Assembly (NCBI GenBank): GCA_964016885.1
Contig: OZ024740.1
Span: forward strand, 118,730,001 to 118,794,000
DNA length: 64,000 nucleotides
Direction of reading: 5' to 3'
From: Eledone cirrhosa
Taxonomy: Eukaryota
Shown here piece by piece: positions 22,573-35,783 of this stretch. Position 1 is the stretch's first letter. The number at the start of each line of letters is the position of its first letter. The translations under genes were made by a program, and so were the position numbers. The notes under the pieces were generated by a model. The model was given only the letters and a program-made list of their open reading frames with translations. It did not search any database and was not told the DNA's origin.

Positions 22573-24886
22573 ATCATCATCATCATCATCGTTTAACGTC
22601 CATATTCCACGCTTGCATGGGTTTGGACGGGAGTTTTCCCACTTGAGGCAAGAGTGGTTGTCTTGCTCGCATAGGACTGTCTGGCGGGTTTTCTACGGCT
22701 GGATGCCCTTCCTAACACCAACCACATTTAAAGTGTGGAACTGGGAGGTGTTTACCGTGTTACCTACACGACCACATTACAGCGTGGACTGTGTGTTTTT
22801 TTGTCGTGACACCTACACGACCTCATTTGTTTCGGGCTGGATGTTGTGGTACCAACATAACTTTACATTGAAAGGGGTGGTGTGGATGGGGTAGGGGGTA
22901 GTGGGACGGGGGTGTATTTTGTTAGAGGTGCCTACTGACTGTAGTAGGTTTCACTTTGTACTTAGGTAAGGCGGGTCTTCTCTATTACTGTGTAGCGCCA
23001 AATATCTTGGTCCAGTGACATTGTCTTGGAGAGGTGTAAGTGTGTGAGGTCGGAATTTATCAAGTCGTCCCAGCTTTTTCTGGGTCTGCCTACTCCGTGG
23101 CTACCGTCTATTTTTATTGCCCTGCACTTTTTTATACAGCTGTCGTCTTTCATGCGCATCACGTGACCATACCTTCTCTCGAGTAAACAACATCTGATCC
23201 CTCTTATTTCTAATTTTTCCCTTAGTTCGTTTATGCTTTGCCGTTCACGTATATTACTATTACACATCCAGCGGAGCATGCAAGCTTCGTTCCTCTCCAG
23301 TCTGCGTATATCCTCTGCACACAATGCCCAGGTTTCACTACCATGCAACATTGCTGTTCGAATGCAGGCATCATACAGCCTGCCTTTCATTTTTAGGGAG
23401 AACCCTTTAGCGGCTAATAGTGGTATAAGCTCTCTGAACCTTTTCCATCCAGTTCTGACTCTAGCTACTGTACTTTCAGAGCACCCTCCCCCACTGCTGA
23501 TTTTGTCACCCAGGTAACCGAAGCTGTCCGCTATTTTTATAGAACCATCTGTGCAATGGAATGAGCTAGTATTCTGTGGGCACTTGCTGCTACTTATTGC
23601 ACCAGAGCATCGGCCACATGTAAAATCTATGTTCTTAGTTAGCTTACATGTGATCCCACTACATCTTTTATGCACCCATACTTTGCATTTGGGACATAAA
23701 ATGGAGTTTCTACCTACTCCTTTCCTACACACTGAGAATGGCCATTTCTCGGATGGGACCGGCGCCCTATTTTCCTTCCTACAAACTAGAACTTTAGTCT
23801 TAGACAGGTTAATTTTAAGGCCTTTTGATTCTAGGCCATGCTTCCATATTTGGAATTTCTTCTCTAGTTCGGCCATTGATTCAGCTATGAGCGTTAGATC
23901 ATCTGCGTATAGGAGTTCCCATGGGCAGCCGGTCTTGAACTCCACTGTTATAGCCTGAAGGGCAATAATAAATAGTATGGGGCTAAGAACGGAGCCCTGA
24001 TGAACACCAACTTTTACGCTAAACTCTTCACTATATTTGTTGTTAATTCTAACCTTGCTGACTGTTTCTTTATACATGGCTTGTATAGCTCTCGCAAGCC
24101 ATTCATCAACACCTAGTTTTCTAAGAGCCCACCAGGTAATGGAACGGGGGACTCTGTCGAAGGCTTTCTCCAAGTCGACAAAAGCTAAGTATAGGGGTTT
24201 ACTTTTAGCTAGGTACTTCTCCTGTAGTTGTCGTACAATGAAAAGAGCGTCTGTGGTACTTTTACCTGACACAAACCCGAACTGCATTTTATCTAGATCA
24301 ATTCTCTCTCTGATTAGTTGCGCTATTACTTTTTCTGTGACCTTCATGACCTGGTCAATTAATTTAATGCCTCTATAGTTACTCCTATCTAGGGCATCTC
24401 CTTTACCCTTGTAGCAGTTAATGATGATGCTGCTATGCCAGTCCTTTGGAACAACCCCATTCCGTATGACTTGGTTTACTATCCGGGTGACCATGGTGTG
24501 TCCCACCATTCCAGAAGCTTTCAGCATTTCAGTAACTATTTCCAAAGGCCCAGCTGCCTTACCCGTCTTCATGTCTTTGATTGCCTTACTTATTATACTA
24601 CCTTCGACTAACACTGCTGGTCCCTCTATTGGGTCGATGTGGGGGAGACTGTCTTTCTCCCTTTTATTCTCCTCATTTAGTAGCCTTTCGTAGTGACACT
24701 TCCAAGCTACCTTCTTATCAGCGTCAGTGATGGCAAGTACACCATCACCATTTAGTACACACGTCTCCCCGACAATATCACAGTTTTCTTTGACACATTG
24801 CCTAGCAATCCTGAACACCTCGCGTTTTTGGTCCTTGCGTTGTAGAACATGCTTGAACTTTCTTTCCTCTGTTTCCCTTCTTGCAA

Positions 24887-24887
<1 letters not shown>
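22573..24887 (-). mobile_element. RTE-type LINE (PHD family, second subfamily), 5'-truncated
   Basis: Open RT frame, distinct C-rich 3' UTR, (GAT)n tail at 22573-22590, 5' end at (TA)n. Confidence 0.95.
22962..24887 (-). CDS. LINE ORF2 fragment (~640 aa open): RT, PHD-like finger and C-terminal domain; no endonuclease
   Basis: FVDLEKAFD, GVHQGSVLSP, YADD, FGYLG, MLHGSETW; first finger Cys changed to Phe and LRW missing relative to other copies. Confidence 0.75.
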
Positions 24888-24934
<47 letters not shown>

Positions 24935-25089
24935 GTTGTTGGTGATTCATAATATAGAAAATGATATGTTTAAGAAGGCTACAACAATGCAAAATTGGTT
25001 GAAAAGGAATGGAGGAGAATGTTTGGCTGTCTAAACAGAGTTTACAATGCGGTTGGAACAACCACATGGCATTGGTGATTGAATTATAC

Positions 25090-26215
25090 ATTTGAGCGTT
25101 CTGCTTTCAAGGGGACATTTCATGATTGTCATTTCAGTGTAAGGATAATAGCCAGCAATCAATCATGGCTTTTTACCAAGATTTACGAGGGTTTATAACA
25201 TTGATTCTAAATTTGGACAAGATCTTGCTTTTTAATGACTTCAATGTACATGTGGGAAATAATGGTGACATCTGGAGTGTTTGAGGACATCATAGAATGA
25301 GAAAGAATAATTCTAATGTTCTCCTTTTGCAATTATGAACTGAGATTAAGCTGGTCATGTGAAATACATCTTTTCAGCAAAAGGAAATCCACAAGGTAAC
25401 ATAGATACACCTGAGATCCAAACATGGACACATCTTGGATTATATCATTACCAGGAAGAGAGATCTCCAGAATATCTGCTCTATAAGAGTAGTGTGCAGT
25501 GCGGAATGTGGTACAGACCTCAACCTTGTACATAGAAAAGTGAAAGTGCAGGTTGGAGGAAAAGTGAGGGCAACTGGGGTACAAGTGCTAAAACGTATAT
25601 GTCAAAATTGCAAATTTTAGAAATGCAAGATACTCTTCATAATGCACTTGACAATGTAATCTTTGTTGGAACTTGGGAACAGATTAAAACACAGGTTTAT
25701 AGCACTGGGATTGATGTACTTGGTCTTAAGAAGACAAAATACCAAAACTGATTTGATGATAATGATTCCACAACCACTATGCTCATTGATGAGAAGAACA
25801 AGCTGTATGAGAAATGCTGCGTTGCAGAGGGTCCAATGTGAACCACATTTGAGAAGGGTTTCAAAGATGCAAAGTCAAAACTGCAATTTAAAACTCGAAA
25901 GATGTAGAATGGTCTGAAGTTTCAACAGAGCTGCAGACAGCATTAGAGACCTGAAGGCATTATACAGCACAATAATGTAAGTTTTGGGCCCTCAGCTCTT
26001 AAAAGTGGCACCAATGAAATCACAAGATGGGAACATCCTCATCAAAGAACCAACATGAATCATGAGTCCGTGGACTGAAAACTTTAAAAATCTGTTTGAT
26101 AACTCATCTGTACATGAGGAAATTATTAATGGACTGTTGCAAAAGGAAACTGTGATAGAGATGATGAATAATCGAACCACTGATGAAATAAGGTCTACTA
26201 TCGAAGATATCAACA
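25090..26215 (+). mobile_element. Decayed RTE (BovB-like) LINE, AP-endonuclease region
   Basis: DFNVHVG...HLRSKHGHILDYIITRKRD...AECGTDLNLV. Confidence 0.8.
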
Positions 26216-26307
26216 AGTTAGTCTATCGCATTGTAGTTAGTAATTATATATTTAACAGTCAATACAGAAGGTTTTGTAGCATTACATTCCTCGTTATATA
26301 CTATAGG

Positions 26308-26498
26308 TAATAATTGCTTCTACTTTTGGCACAAGGCCAGCAATTATCCCAGTGCATTACTGGTACTTTATTTTATAGACCCCTTAAGGATGAAATAAAA
26401 GTTAACCTCGACGGGATTTGAACTCAGACCATAAAGGGGTACAACTCTATGCTACAAATAATGGCGTCCGACGCTCTACTGATACTGCCAATCCACTG
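26308..26498 (-). mobile_element. SINE family A
   Basis: Near full-length; TSD TAGGTAATA. Confidence 0.88.
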
Positions 26499-26779
26499 TA
26501 GGTAATAGTGATTTGTGCTTAGTCTGTGTTTTCCCACATTTGAAGCATATAATAAACAACATGCTTAATTCTATATAGATCGTAATATTACAAATGTCAA
26601 AATGTTACTACTGTTTACCAGTTGCCCAGATTATGCATTTGTTTTAATTAGGAAATTGAAGAAAGGTGTTACTTGATTGGGATTTTCTTGTTCTAGATAA
26701 ATGTCTGTTGATTGTAAGTTAATCAGGAACTGAGTTATTGTAGACTCAATATCATATCTTATATTTATCAATGAAATGG

Positions 26780-27132
26780 GGTTCCTTTGAAGAATCTTTC
26801 AAGTTATGTTACTTGAGAGAGCGCATAGCTCAGAAATCAGAAATTCACTCCAAGCAGAGGCACTACTTCTCCAAATTGAGAGATCACAGCTTCGATTCTA
26901 TATGGACATGTGGTTAGAATGTCTCAGGTAAGAATCATTGGAGAGATTTTACCAACAAAAGCAAACAGGAGATACACCAGGAGTTGACCCTGGGCAAGAT
27001 GGTTAGATAACATCCATGAGCTCAGCTGGTTTTGGGTCTTCAGCATGATCATTTGGAGGCAGTTGCTTCTGACAGGACCTGCTAGAAGGAGTGTTGAAGT
27101 ATTCTGCCCCCATAGCCCTCAAAAGAAGAAGA
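26780..27132 (+). mobile_element. RTE (Expander-like) LINE, 3' fragment
   Basis: Reverse-complement homolog of 8930-9330; (GAA)n tail. Confidence 0.75.
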
Positions 27133-27559
27133 AATTAATATGAACCATGGCAAGATCATATTGCATGACTGCTCATGATGATTAAGGAAAGTGTGAAATA
27201 GATGAATTCAAGATTTTAGTTAGTCTGGTACCTCTCAGATTTTGTTTATTTTTCTTTTAGTTATGATCAAAGGAATTATATCACTATTGAATATCAGATA
27301 GGATTTTACCTATCTAGTCGTTTAAGTGAAGTCATTTTGAGAAAAGTTAAAATTATGTGCATTTTGAGCAATGCCTATTAAATGATGTCAGTTTGAATAA
27401 ACATCAAATTGTTTTTAAAGACGCTTTGAGCAGGGTTGATTTAAACAATTTGCTCCTACCCTGAAAATTACATGATTTATACTTAAATTAGAAACCATTA
27501 TAAGATGATGTATTTTTGAAAGTGTTAACACTACTATTAAATAGTATTATTGTGATATA

Positions 27560-28380
27560 TATATATAACTTTGATAGGTTTTGGCCAGTATTGGCCCAGG
27601 CCATGTCTAACTTAATAGCACCACCAGGTGAAGATTTTTCAAATCAGGATTTGGACACCATGGCCCATTCAGGTAGAAAGTTATTGTTTACAGAGACATA
27701 TCCGGGTGTAGGAGGTTTATCTGGGATTTCTTGGAGGAATTTTTCCAAAGACTTTTTGAATTTTATGGGATCTGTTTCTGTATTAATGTGTTTTGGAGTA
27801 ATGAGAGCGGGACCAATTCAGGTGCCGTAATGTTGTTATGAGATGTAAGTTTGATTTTTGTTGTGGGCAGATAGCATGGAGCCCAAGCCTTAGGTGTACT
27901 TTAAAGATAATGCCAACATCATTTGGGTAATGTTCATGGAATATTTTCCACATAATGCATATAATATAGCATTCATGTTGGCATTGAAGAGAAGAGAATT
28001 TGAGCTTTTCTAGTCAGCCCCAATAGTCAAGGCCTGTCATGCCATCCATCTTTTTTCTAATTGATCTTTGAGGTGCTTCAATTTTCATCATACTTTGATT
28101 CGTGTGGGGAGACCATATTGGACAACAGTATTCATGGTGGGGTCAAGTAAAAGTTAAGAAGAGAAGGATAATGGTGTGGATATCTTTCGGAAATATCTGA
28201 GAATTCAGAAACACATTCTTCGGACCATCCCAACTTTGCTGTTTATATGAGTGGCCCAGATTATGTTGTTATCAACAATCACTCCCAAGTATCTCATATT
28301 GTTGGATGCCACAAGTGTTTCACCTGAAGGAAGGGAATATGAGAGTTTCAGTGTATCCTCTTTTCTAAAGTGAATTAATA
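27560..28380 (-). mobile_element. Decayed CR1/L2-like LINE, 3' fragment
   Basis: MRYLGVIVDNNIIWATHINSKV; downstream YCCPIWSP-like and GPALI-like motifs. Confidence 0.7.
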
Positions 28381-29136
28381 TATAATATGTAGGATTCCAA
28401 TGTATATTGGAATGAAACACCTGTTAAAATGGCACTGAATATGTTCGTAGAGTATAGGTATATTTATTTTATTTTAGAAATGACTTCTCCAAGACTAGAA
28501 CTGTTTCTTTCATGATGGTTTCTTACAAATGAAGCAGTTCTTGCCCATTTCTATAATAAAATGAATAAATATATATACTATCAACTATTAATCAGAAAAA
28601 AATGAAACCAGTCCTGAGACAATTTAAACTTAATAGTGTAAAGCACCTAAACTTGAAAGTGCAACCTATATGTGGAAAATACCCAATATTACAAAAAAAT
28701 ATCAACTGTCAATCACTATCAGATATCTCTATATTTATGGTTAAAGTATATCTAGATTACCAGATGTGTGTATATCACACTAAATTTGTTTGGTATGATA
28801 AACTGTTATAATTATTTGCCAGCTATCTAGATAATTTCTCACCATCAGATGAAACTATACAAAACTATCAGTTTCTGTCAATATTATTTTGCACTCTAAT
28901 GATATCAGGTTCAATTTTTTGGAACAATTATCTTTCCTTGTATATTTCATTAATTATGTCTTGGTTTAAAACTTTCTTTTAAATATTTTGCTATACAAAA
29001 AGATAGTAACAAAAAAAAAAATGGAAATAACTTGTAGCGTGAAATTTGAGTCAATTGAAAGAAAATTTAAATTGTTACAGTAAAAATGAATAGTGATAAA
29101 GAACAGCTCGAACATTAACACTGAAATTTTAAAATA

Positions 29137-29139
<3 letters not shown>

Positions 29140-29228
<89 letters not shown>
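29140..29228. repeat. (TC)n microsatellite
   Basis: Direct reading. Confidence 0.95.
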
Positions 29229-29231
<3 letters not shown>

Positions 29232-29244
29232 TTCTCTGTGTATA

Positions 29245-29572
29245 TATAATTGAATATAAAAGAAAAACGAACACAGATATATATACATATATGTGTTCAA
29301 ATCATAAGGGACCAGATTTGCCAATTCCGGTTTATATTTATTTTCTTGATTTATTCTTAAATTGAGTCTGGCAAACCCGATTGTCTATATTTAGTATTCT
29401 TTGCCCCTTAGCGAATCTGGTCCCTTATGATTTGAACACATATGTGTATATATCTGTGTTCGTTTTTCTTTTATATTCAATTATAATATACGGCTCGGAA
29501 AAATCTCTTTCCTAGAGCTATTTTATTGTAAGAGACTATTTTGAGTTTATAACTCAATATATACCTTTGATA
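29245..29572 (+). mobile_element. Inverted-arm plus tail module (truncated copy of the HHR family at 56.4-56.8 kb)
   Basis: 29245-29321 is the reverse complement of 29411-29485; 29325-29570 matches the reverse complement of 56443-56690. Confidence 0.8.
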
Positions 29573-29588
29573 TATATATATATATATA

Positions 29589-29651
<63 letters not shown>

Positions 29652-29653
<2 letters not shown>

Positions 29654-29800
29654 TTATTAAAATAACATTAAAGTTTAAGCAAAGAATCACTGCTTTGCCC
29701 CTTAACAGGATCTGAAACTCTAGGGTTCTTATATATTTGATATATATTTATCCTTATCGAGCCCTCTTTGGATTTTAGTCTTCAAATTTATTATTATTAC
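29652..29800 (+). mobile_element. Inverted arm plus tail module (family of 14300-14710)
   Basis: Shares TTATTAAAATAACA..TAAAGTTTAA.CAAAGAATC and GAGCCCTCTTTGGATTTTAGTCTTCA. Confidence 0.7.
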
Positions 29801-29811
29801 TATATATATAT

Positions 29812-31090
29812 ATCATCATCATCTTGATTGTTTAATGTCCATTTTCCAGGCTAGTATGGTTAGATGAGCTATCTCGTTTTGAGACAAGCAAGGTCAGATG
29901 ACCATGTTTTGTTCACACAGAACTGATTTTGGCTTGGTTTCTCTGGCTGGATGCCCTTCCTAACACCAACCACATTTACAGTGTGTACAGGGTGCTTTTT
30001 GTCATAACACCTATGAAGGAGATGGCTAAGAACAGAGCCCTGGTGGATGCCATCCTGCATGCTAAATTCCTCACTATAGTCATTGATAATTCTAACTTTG
30101 CTGACTGCTTCCCTTGGCTTGTACAGCCTTCACAAGTACTCATCTACTCCTAGTTTTCTAAGAGTATGCCATTATAGCATGGGGTCTCTGTCAAAAGCCT
30201 TCTCCAACTCAACAACTGATAGGTAGAGTGGCTTATTTTAGTTAGATACTTCTGCTGTAGCTGCTTCACCGGGAAGAGAGCATCTGTAGTGCTTTTACCT
30301 AGCACAAATTGAACTGCATCTCATCTAGATTAACCCGGTCCCAAATCAGCTGTGTTATAACTCTTTCTTTTACTTTCACAATCTGGTCCATCAACTTGAT
30401 GTCTCTATAGTTTCCTATATCTAGTGCATCTCCTTTACCCTTGTAGCTGTTGACAATGTTGCTGCTGCACCAATCATTTGTATTACACAATTCAGCACTA
30501 CTTAGTTTACAATATATGTGGTTATGGTGAGACCCACTGACCCAGATGTTTTCAGGATCTCAGCAACTATGTCTGATAGACCGGTAGCTTTCCCAGTCTT
30601 CACATCCTTAATTGCCTTACTTACTATACTGCTGCACCCTCTATTGGGTACACTTGGGGAAGGCTCTTCTTCTCCTATACATTCTCCTCATTCAGTCCAT
30701 AATGACTTTTCCATGCCACTTTCTTTTCTACGTCTATGAGGGCATGTGTCCCTTTATCATAGCGGATACACTTCTCTCCAATGAGATCACAATTTTCCCT
30801 AACACACTGCCTCACAATCCTGAACACCTCCTGTTTCTGGTCTTGATGCTAAAAAACATGCTTGAATTTTATATCTTCTCCTTCCCTCATTGCAAAGTAT
30901 AGTTGTCCCCTAGCTTTTCTCCTGGTCTCCTGCTTCCCTCATTCTTCCAATTTTCACATTCCTCCCTCTTGGCTCTGATTGTATCATCAACCTTATTGTT
31001 CCACCTCCAAGTCACTCTCCTTCCCTGTGTAGATTTCATCTGTTGTCTTCAGTAGATTATCTTTTAAGAACATCCAATGCTCTTCTATAT
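29812..31090 (-). mobile_element. RTE-type LINE, internally deleted and decayed
   Basis: YKGKGDALDIGNYR and GIHQGSVLS joined directly to the 3' UTR and GAT tail. Confidence 0.85.
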
Positions 31091-31093
31091 TGT

Positions 31094-31713
31094 ATCATCA
31101 TCATCATCATCACCGTTTTACGTCCGTTCTTCCATGCTAGCATGGGTTAGACGGGTTGTCCTGTTGTGGTCAGTATCTGGTCGGTTGACCATGCCTTGCT
31201 CATACAGGAACTGATTTTTGCTTGATTTCTACAGTTGGATGCAATTCCTAACACCAACCTCATTTACAGTGAGTGCTGGGTGCTTATTTCCATGGTGCCT
31301 ACACGTCCACTTTACAGTGTGGGCTGGGTGCTTTTTGGCTGTGGCACCTGCACGACCACTTTGCAGTTAGAGGGTGTGGGGTCATATTGTCTATATGCTT
31401 CAGCTTGTACCCATTGGAGGTCGGGTACTCTGTATTACTGCGTGACACCAGATATCACGGTCGTGTGTCATCGCCTTTGAGAGGTGTAATTGGGTAAGGT
31501 CGGCTTTTATCACCTCATCCCAGGTCTTCTTAGGTCTCCCCGATCCGCGGTTTCCATTGACTTCTAGTGCTCTGCACCTTTTTATGCAGCTGTCATCCTT
31601 CATACGCATCACATGTCCATACCAACGCAATCGCCTCTCCTGCACACAGCATTTGATTCCTCTTATGCTCAGTCTCTCTCTCAATTCATTTATGCTTTGC
31701 CGTTTGCGTATAT
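31094..31713 (-). mobile_element. RTE-type LINE (PHD family), 3' fragment
   Basis: Near-identical to the reverse of 13630-14240; (GAT)n tail. Confidence 0.92.
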
Positions 31714-31955
31714 GTCTTTATCTATTCTTCTTTAATGTTGTAGACATTGAGCAAAATATCTCTAAATGTGTTACTGTCTGAGGGTCCTTTCAACTTCCAT
31801 ATATATATATATGTTTTTGCAGACTAATGTGTCTGAGCCATATATACATATATATGTATATATACATGTATGTGTATATATATGTATTTGTATATGTCTG
31901 TATGTATGTCTGTATATGTTTTTATGTATGTGTGTGTGTGAATTATGCATATGTA

Positions 31956-32011
<56 letters not shown>

Positions 32012-32206
32012 TCCTTTTATCTGAATGTGTGTATGTGTGTGTGTATATGTATGTACGCATATGTTTTTTTCTATATTGCTATATATTTTTATTTTTTATG
32101 TATTATTTTTCTTACCCTTCTTTTCTTCATGTATATTTCCCGTTATTTTTCCAGCCTGACTTCCAATTCTTAACAGATTTTAAATCTCATTTCATATCTT
32201 TTATCT

Positions 32207-32288
32207 ATAACATCTCTGTCTGACGAATGATCCAGACGTACATTATTATCGTCTGAGATCCAGAAACCTTTGGTAATGGTTTAGTTAT
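32207..32288 (+). ncRNA. Type I hammerhead ribozyme candidate
   Basis: ctgt-CTGACGA-at gatc cagacg...cgtctg a gatc ca-GAAA-cc ttt gg-TA-atgg; strong stems II and III, wobble-rich stem I. Confidence 0.65.
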
Positions 32289-32324
32289 ATTTTGTGTTGT
32301 TCACTTTCTAATTAAATATATATA

Positions 32325-32366
<42 letters not shown>

Positions 32367-32478
32367 TATATAATTTTGGGCTGTTTGTTTGTTTACAAAC
32401 AAACAAACCGAGCATTATAATAAATGTTTGCAATTTTCAACAGTTGAAAATTGCAAACTTGACTGTCACCACACATTA

Positions 32479-32517
32479 TGAACCTGAAGATTGCGAAAGC
32501 ATGAAAGTACTTGTTCA
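32479..32517 (+). ncRNA. Minimal type I hammerhead ribozyme
   Basis: tgaac-CTGAAGA-t tgc gaaa gca t-GAAA-gtac-TT-gttca: 5 bp stem I, GNRA-capped stem II, palindromic GTAC stem III. Confidence 0.85.
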
Positions 32518-32646
32518 ATTAACACTTAACATTTAATATTCTGCCATAGTATTTCATTCTAATACCATTATAAATTTTAAAAGATTGTAAATAAAACGAG
32601 CTAATCAGACAAAGTTGGAATTCCTTTTATTAATATATATATATAT

Positions 32647-32836
32647 AGGGATGAATTGGCAGTATCGGTAGAGGGTTGGATGCCATGCTTTGATGCATAG
32701 AGTTACGGCCCTTGCCATTCTGAGTTCAAATCCCGCCGAGGTTAACTTTGCCTTTCATCCTTACGGGGTCGATAAAATAAAGTACCAGTAATGCACTGGG
32801 TAATTGCTGGCCTTGTGCCAAAAGTAGAAACAATTA
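32647..32836 (+). mobile_element. SINE family A
   Basis: Full-length unit inside (TA)n. Confidence 0.9.
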
Positions 32837-33289
32837 ATATATATATATATATATATATATATGAATGTATATATATTCATATATACATATATATATGAAT
32901 ATATATATATATATGAATATATATATAATATTAGGGATACTATTTACGGTTATGTATATATTAAAACTTTTTATAGTCATGTATATTTTAAACCCTAGAC
33001 AGTGAAAGTCAGTAATTTATTATTGACCTTCTATAAACTTGGATTAAATAACACTGAGCCTCAATACGCTAAAATAATTTATTTTAATGCATCAAACATT
33101 CAATACGGAATCATCTTTACATATGTGATGGATGTAGAAACTATATCTTACTTTTTCTGAATGTGAAAATGGTGGTGGATACGAAAACCATAACTTTCTT
33201 TTGCTTCTTTTTCTTTTTATTTTTCTGCACACATACTTTTTTGTTCTATACAAAAAATACCTTACCACTACAACCACCATAATAATCTT

Positions 33290-33702
33290 GCTTACCCGCT
33301 TAAAGTGCTTGCATTACATGTATCACCCTGCCACACAATAATAGTATAAAAATGAGACACACTTGCATGCTCCACGTGTAACTAACACTACCTACTAGAC
33401 CTGACTATCAAACTATCCTCTTGCATTATCTGTGTTATCTGCCGAATGTATTTTGATTTTGATTTTGATTTTGATTTTGATTTTGAATTTGAATTGCTGT
33501 ACAAAAATAGTATAGTATAATATATGCCACTCCACTGTACATCAATATATATATGTGTATCTGTATGTCTCTTGCGTTGGAAAGGAGGTCAATTATGTGT
33601 ACAAACATTGAAAAAGGCTCCGAAGACTCCAAGCCTAGGTTTGGATGAAACAATTGTAAGTGAATAAATTCTTTGAACATAGCTTTGATTCTTGTGAATT
33701 CT
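33290..33702 (+). mobile_element. 3' region of the PLE family seen at 1-2431, with mutated hammerhead (33617-33661)
   Basis: gct-CCGAAGA-ctccaagcctaggtttggat-GAAA-caattg-TA-agt; flanks match the reverse complement of 120-280; U4 changed to C. Confidence 0.75.
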
Positions 33703-33849
33703 ATATATATATATATATGAATGTATATATATGAATGTATATATATGAATATATATATGAATATGAATGTATATATATGAATGTATATATATGAATATAT
33801 ATATATATATGAATGTATATATATATATGAATGTATATATATGAATGTG

Positions 33850-33913
<64 letters not shown>

Positions 33914-33926
33914 CATACATATATAT
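33702..33926. repeat. (TA)n-derived compound repeat (ATATATGAATGT)
   Basis: Direct reading. Confidence 0.9.
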
Positions 33927-35783
33927 ACTTACTGATATTGATTAAATGGTATTGCTTCTTTTTTCATTATTTTTATTTTTATGAATTTTTTTCTTTAAAG
34001 ATCTGCTGACCAATGTCATTTAGAGGTAAGGCATTGGGGACAGTGTTTGTAAACCATATTCAGAGTGTAGATTTCTAATTTAACTGATGCCATTAAGTGA
34101 TCTTTAAAAAAATCTAACATAAATATATCACACAATGCCTCTTACCTATAAGCCTGAATGAAGACTTGTGTCTCTATAAATGAATGTTATTATCCTTTAA
34201 ATATAAGTTTCAATGGAATGTATAGTATCTAGTTTTAAATACAGGCTTTCTCTATTCAAGTCATATTAATGTCACCTTTGATCATTCTTGAACCATTAAA
34301 ATAACGTTCTCCAATCCCTAGGATATACTTGATAACATACTCTCCCTTTCATATCTAGTCTTGCTTGGATTTAATCGAAATAAATCATCATCACTGCCAT
34401 CTTTTTTATCATTCATTTGATTGTCATGAAAGTCTTTGGTGAATCTCTTCAACAATCAGCTTATGATTCCCCTTTATTCAAATAATGATTCTCTCTCAGT
34501 TTCTTTGTTATGAGCTTAAATGCATTTATAGTAATTAGTGCCCTTGTGTTAGTGTTACAACAAAATAACACAGTATACATAGTAAAGATGTAGTTTGGTG
34601 CCACAATAAAATGCATTCTGTGCACTATGACAAATAATAGTACTGGGGCTATAAGAAAATTAACCCAATACATTCTATAAATTGGTTAATATTAGAAATG
34701 GCATCCACTTATAGAAACCATGCCAAAATGGAAGCATGAGTAAGATGTGATTCTTTGGCCTGTTGCAGCTCAAGTCATGACACCGTGTTCAAACAATGCC
34801 AGTATGGGAAACTGATATAAAACAATAATGGAAATGATGACGATCATTTTCATGATGGTGGTAATGGGGTAGGATGACAAAGATGATGATGATGATGAAT
34901 ATTTACCATAACTAACATTATTATCACTTTATGATTGGATTATCTGAACGAAGAGTGAGAATGTAAATATGAAATTATAAATATCTTTCAAACAAATTAA
35001 ATATCTTATTTTAAAATATTGTATCATGAGATATCTAAATATCAGGCTTCAATTAAATTTACATTTCTTGAGGGATTTCAAAATAAAGCTCTACAAAGTT
35101 ACATATATACACAGCAGTACGGAATTTTGGAAAATTCACTGTAGATAATAGTTTTCTAAGATTTTGAATACTGCTTTTTGTTAATTTATACTTATGTTCT
35201 GTATAGAGAAATTGCTTAATCTTGTATGATATCTTCTGTATGCTTGATTGTGAATGTCATTTCTGAAGTTGTTATGTTGGTCTTAAGAGCATGTTTACCG
35301 CAATGAGAGTAAGGTTTATATGAAGTTTCAATTGACATTTTTTTAACGCTTGCTGCTACTCTAATTCATTTAGTTGAATATAATATTGTTGTACGTGTAT
35401 CCCTGGACTGAACAACTGTCAAACCAAAACCTGAGCTGCATTAATTTCTTTAAGAAACTGAATGCTTCAGTTATGTCTTTTCTTATATAAATTACCTCTT
35501 CACATTCAGGCATTATTGAACTCTACCTAGAATACAAATTGGCTTTTCCTAACTAGTTAAAAAAATATATGAGCTTTGATAATGGCCTTTATTATTATTG
35601 CAAAATTCAGGACAGTGGATTCGCAAAATTGTTTTTCCGTATTTTCAGAGAAAATGTTTTTCCGTATTTAGTTATGGCACTTTACCTTCCAATTTCAAAT
35701 CCCAATGAGGTTAACTGTGTTATTCATTCTTCTGGAATTGATGAAATAAAATGCCGTTCAAGTATTGGGATTGATTTAGTTAA

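Noticed and set aside
24888-25091. N-terminal part of the 709 aa ORF
   Set aside because: It runs through a (TA)n tract (YIYIYI) and unrelated sequence; a chance in-frame fusion to the truncated LINE.
31766-32223. ORFs rich in YI/CV repeats (also 33435-33920, 39656-40070, 60245-60780, 5306-5701)
   Set aside because: Translations of microsatellites.
33092-33280. KRKLWFSYPPPFS resembling the PLE WFNPPFS motif
   Set aside because: Short, low-complexity match with no further PLE motifs in frame; not supportable.
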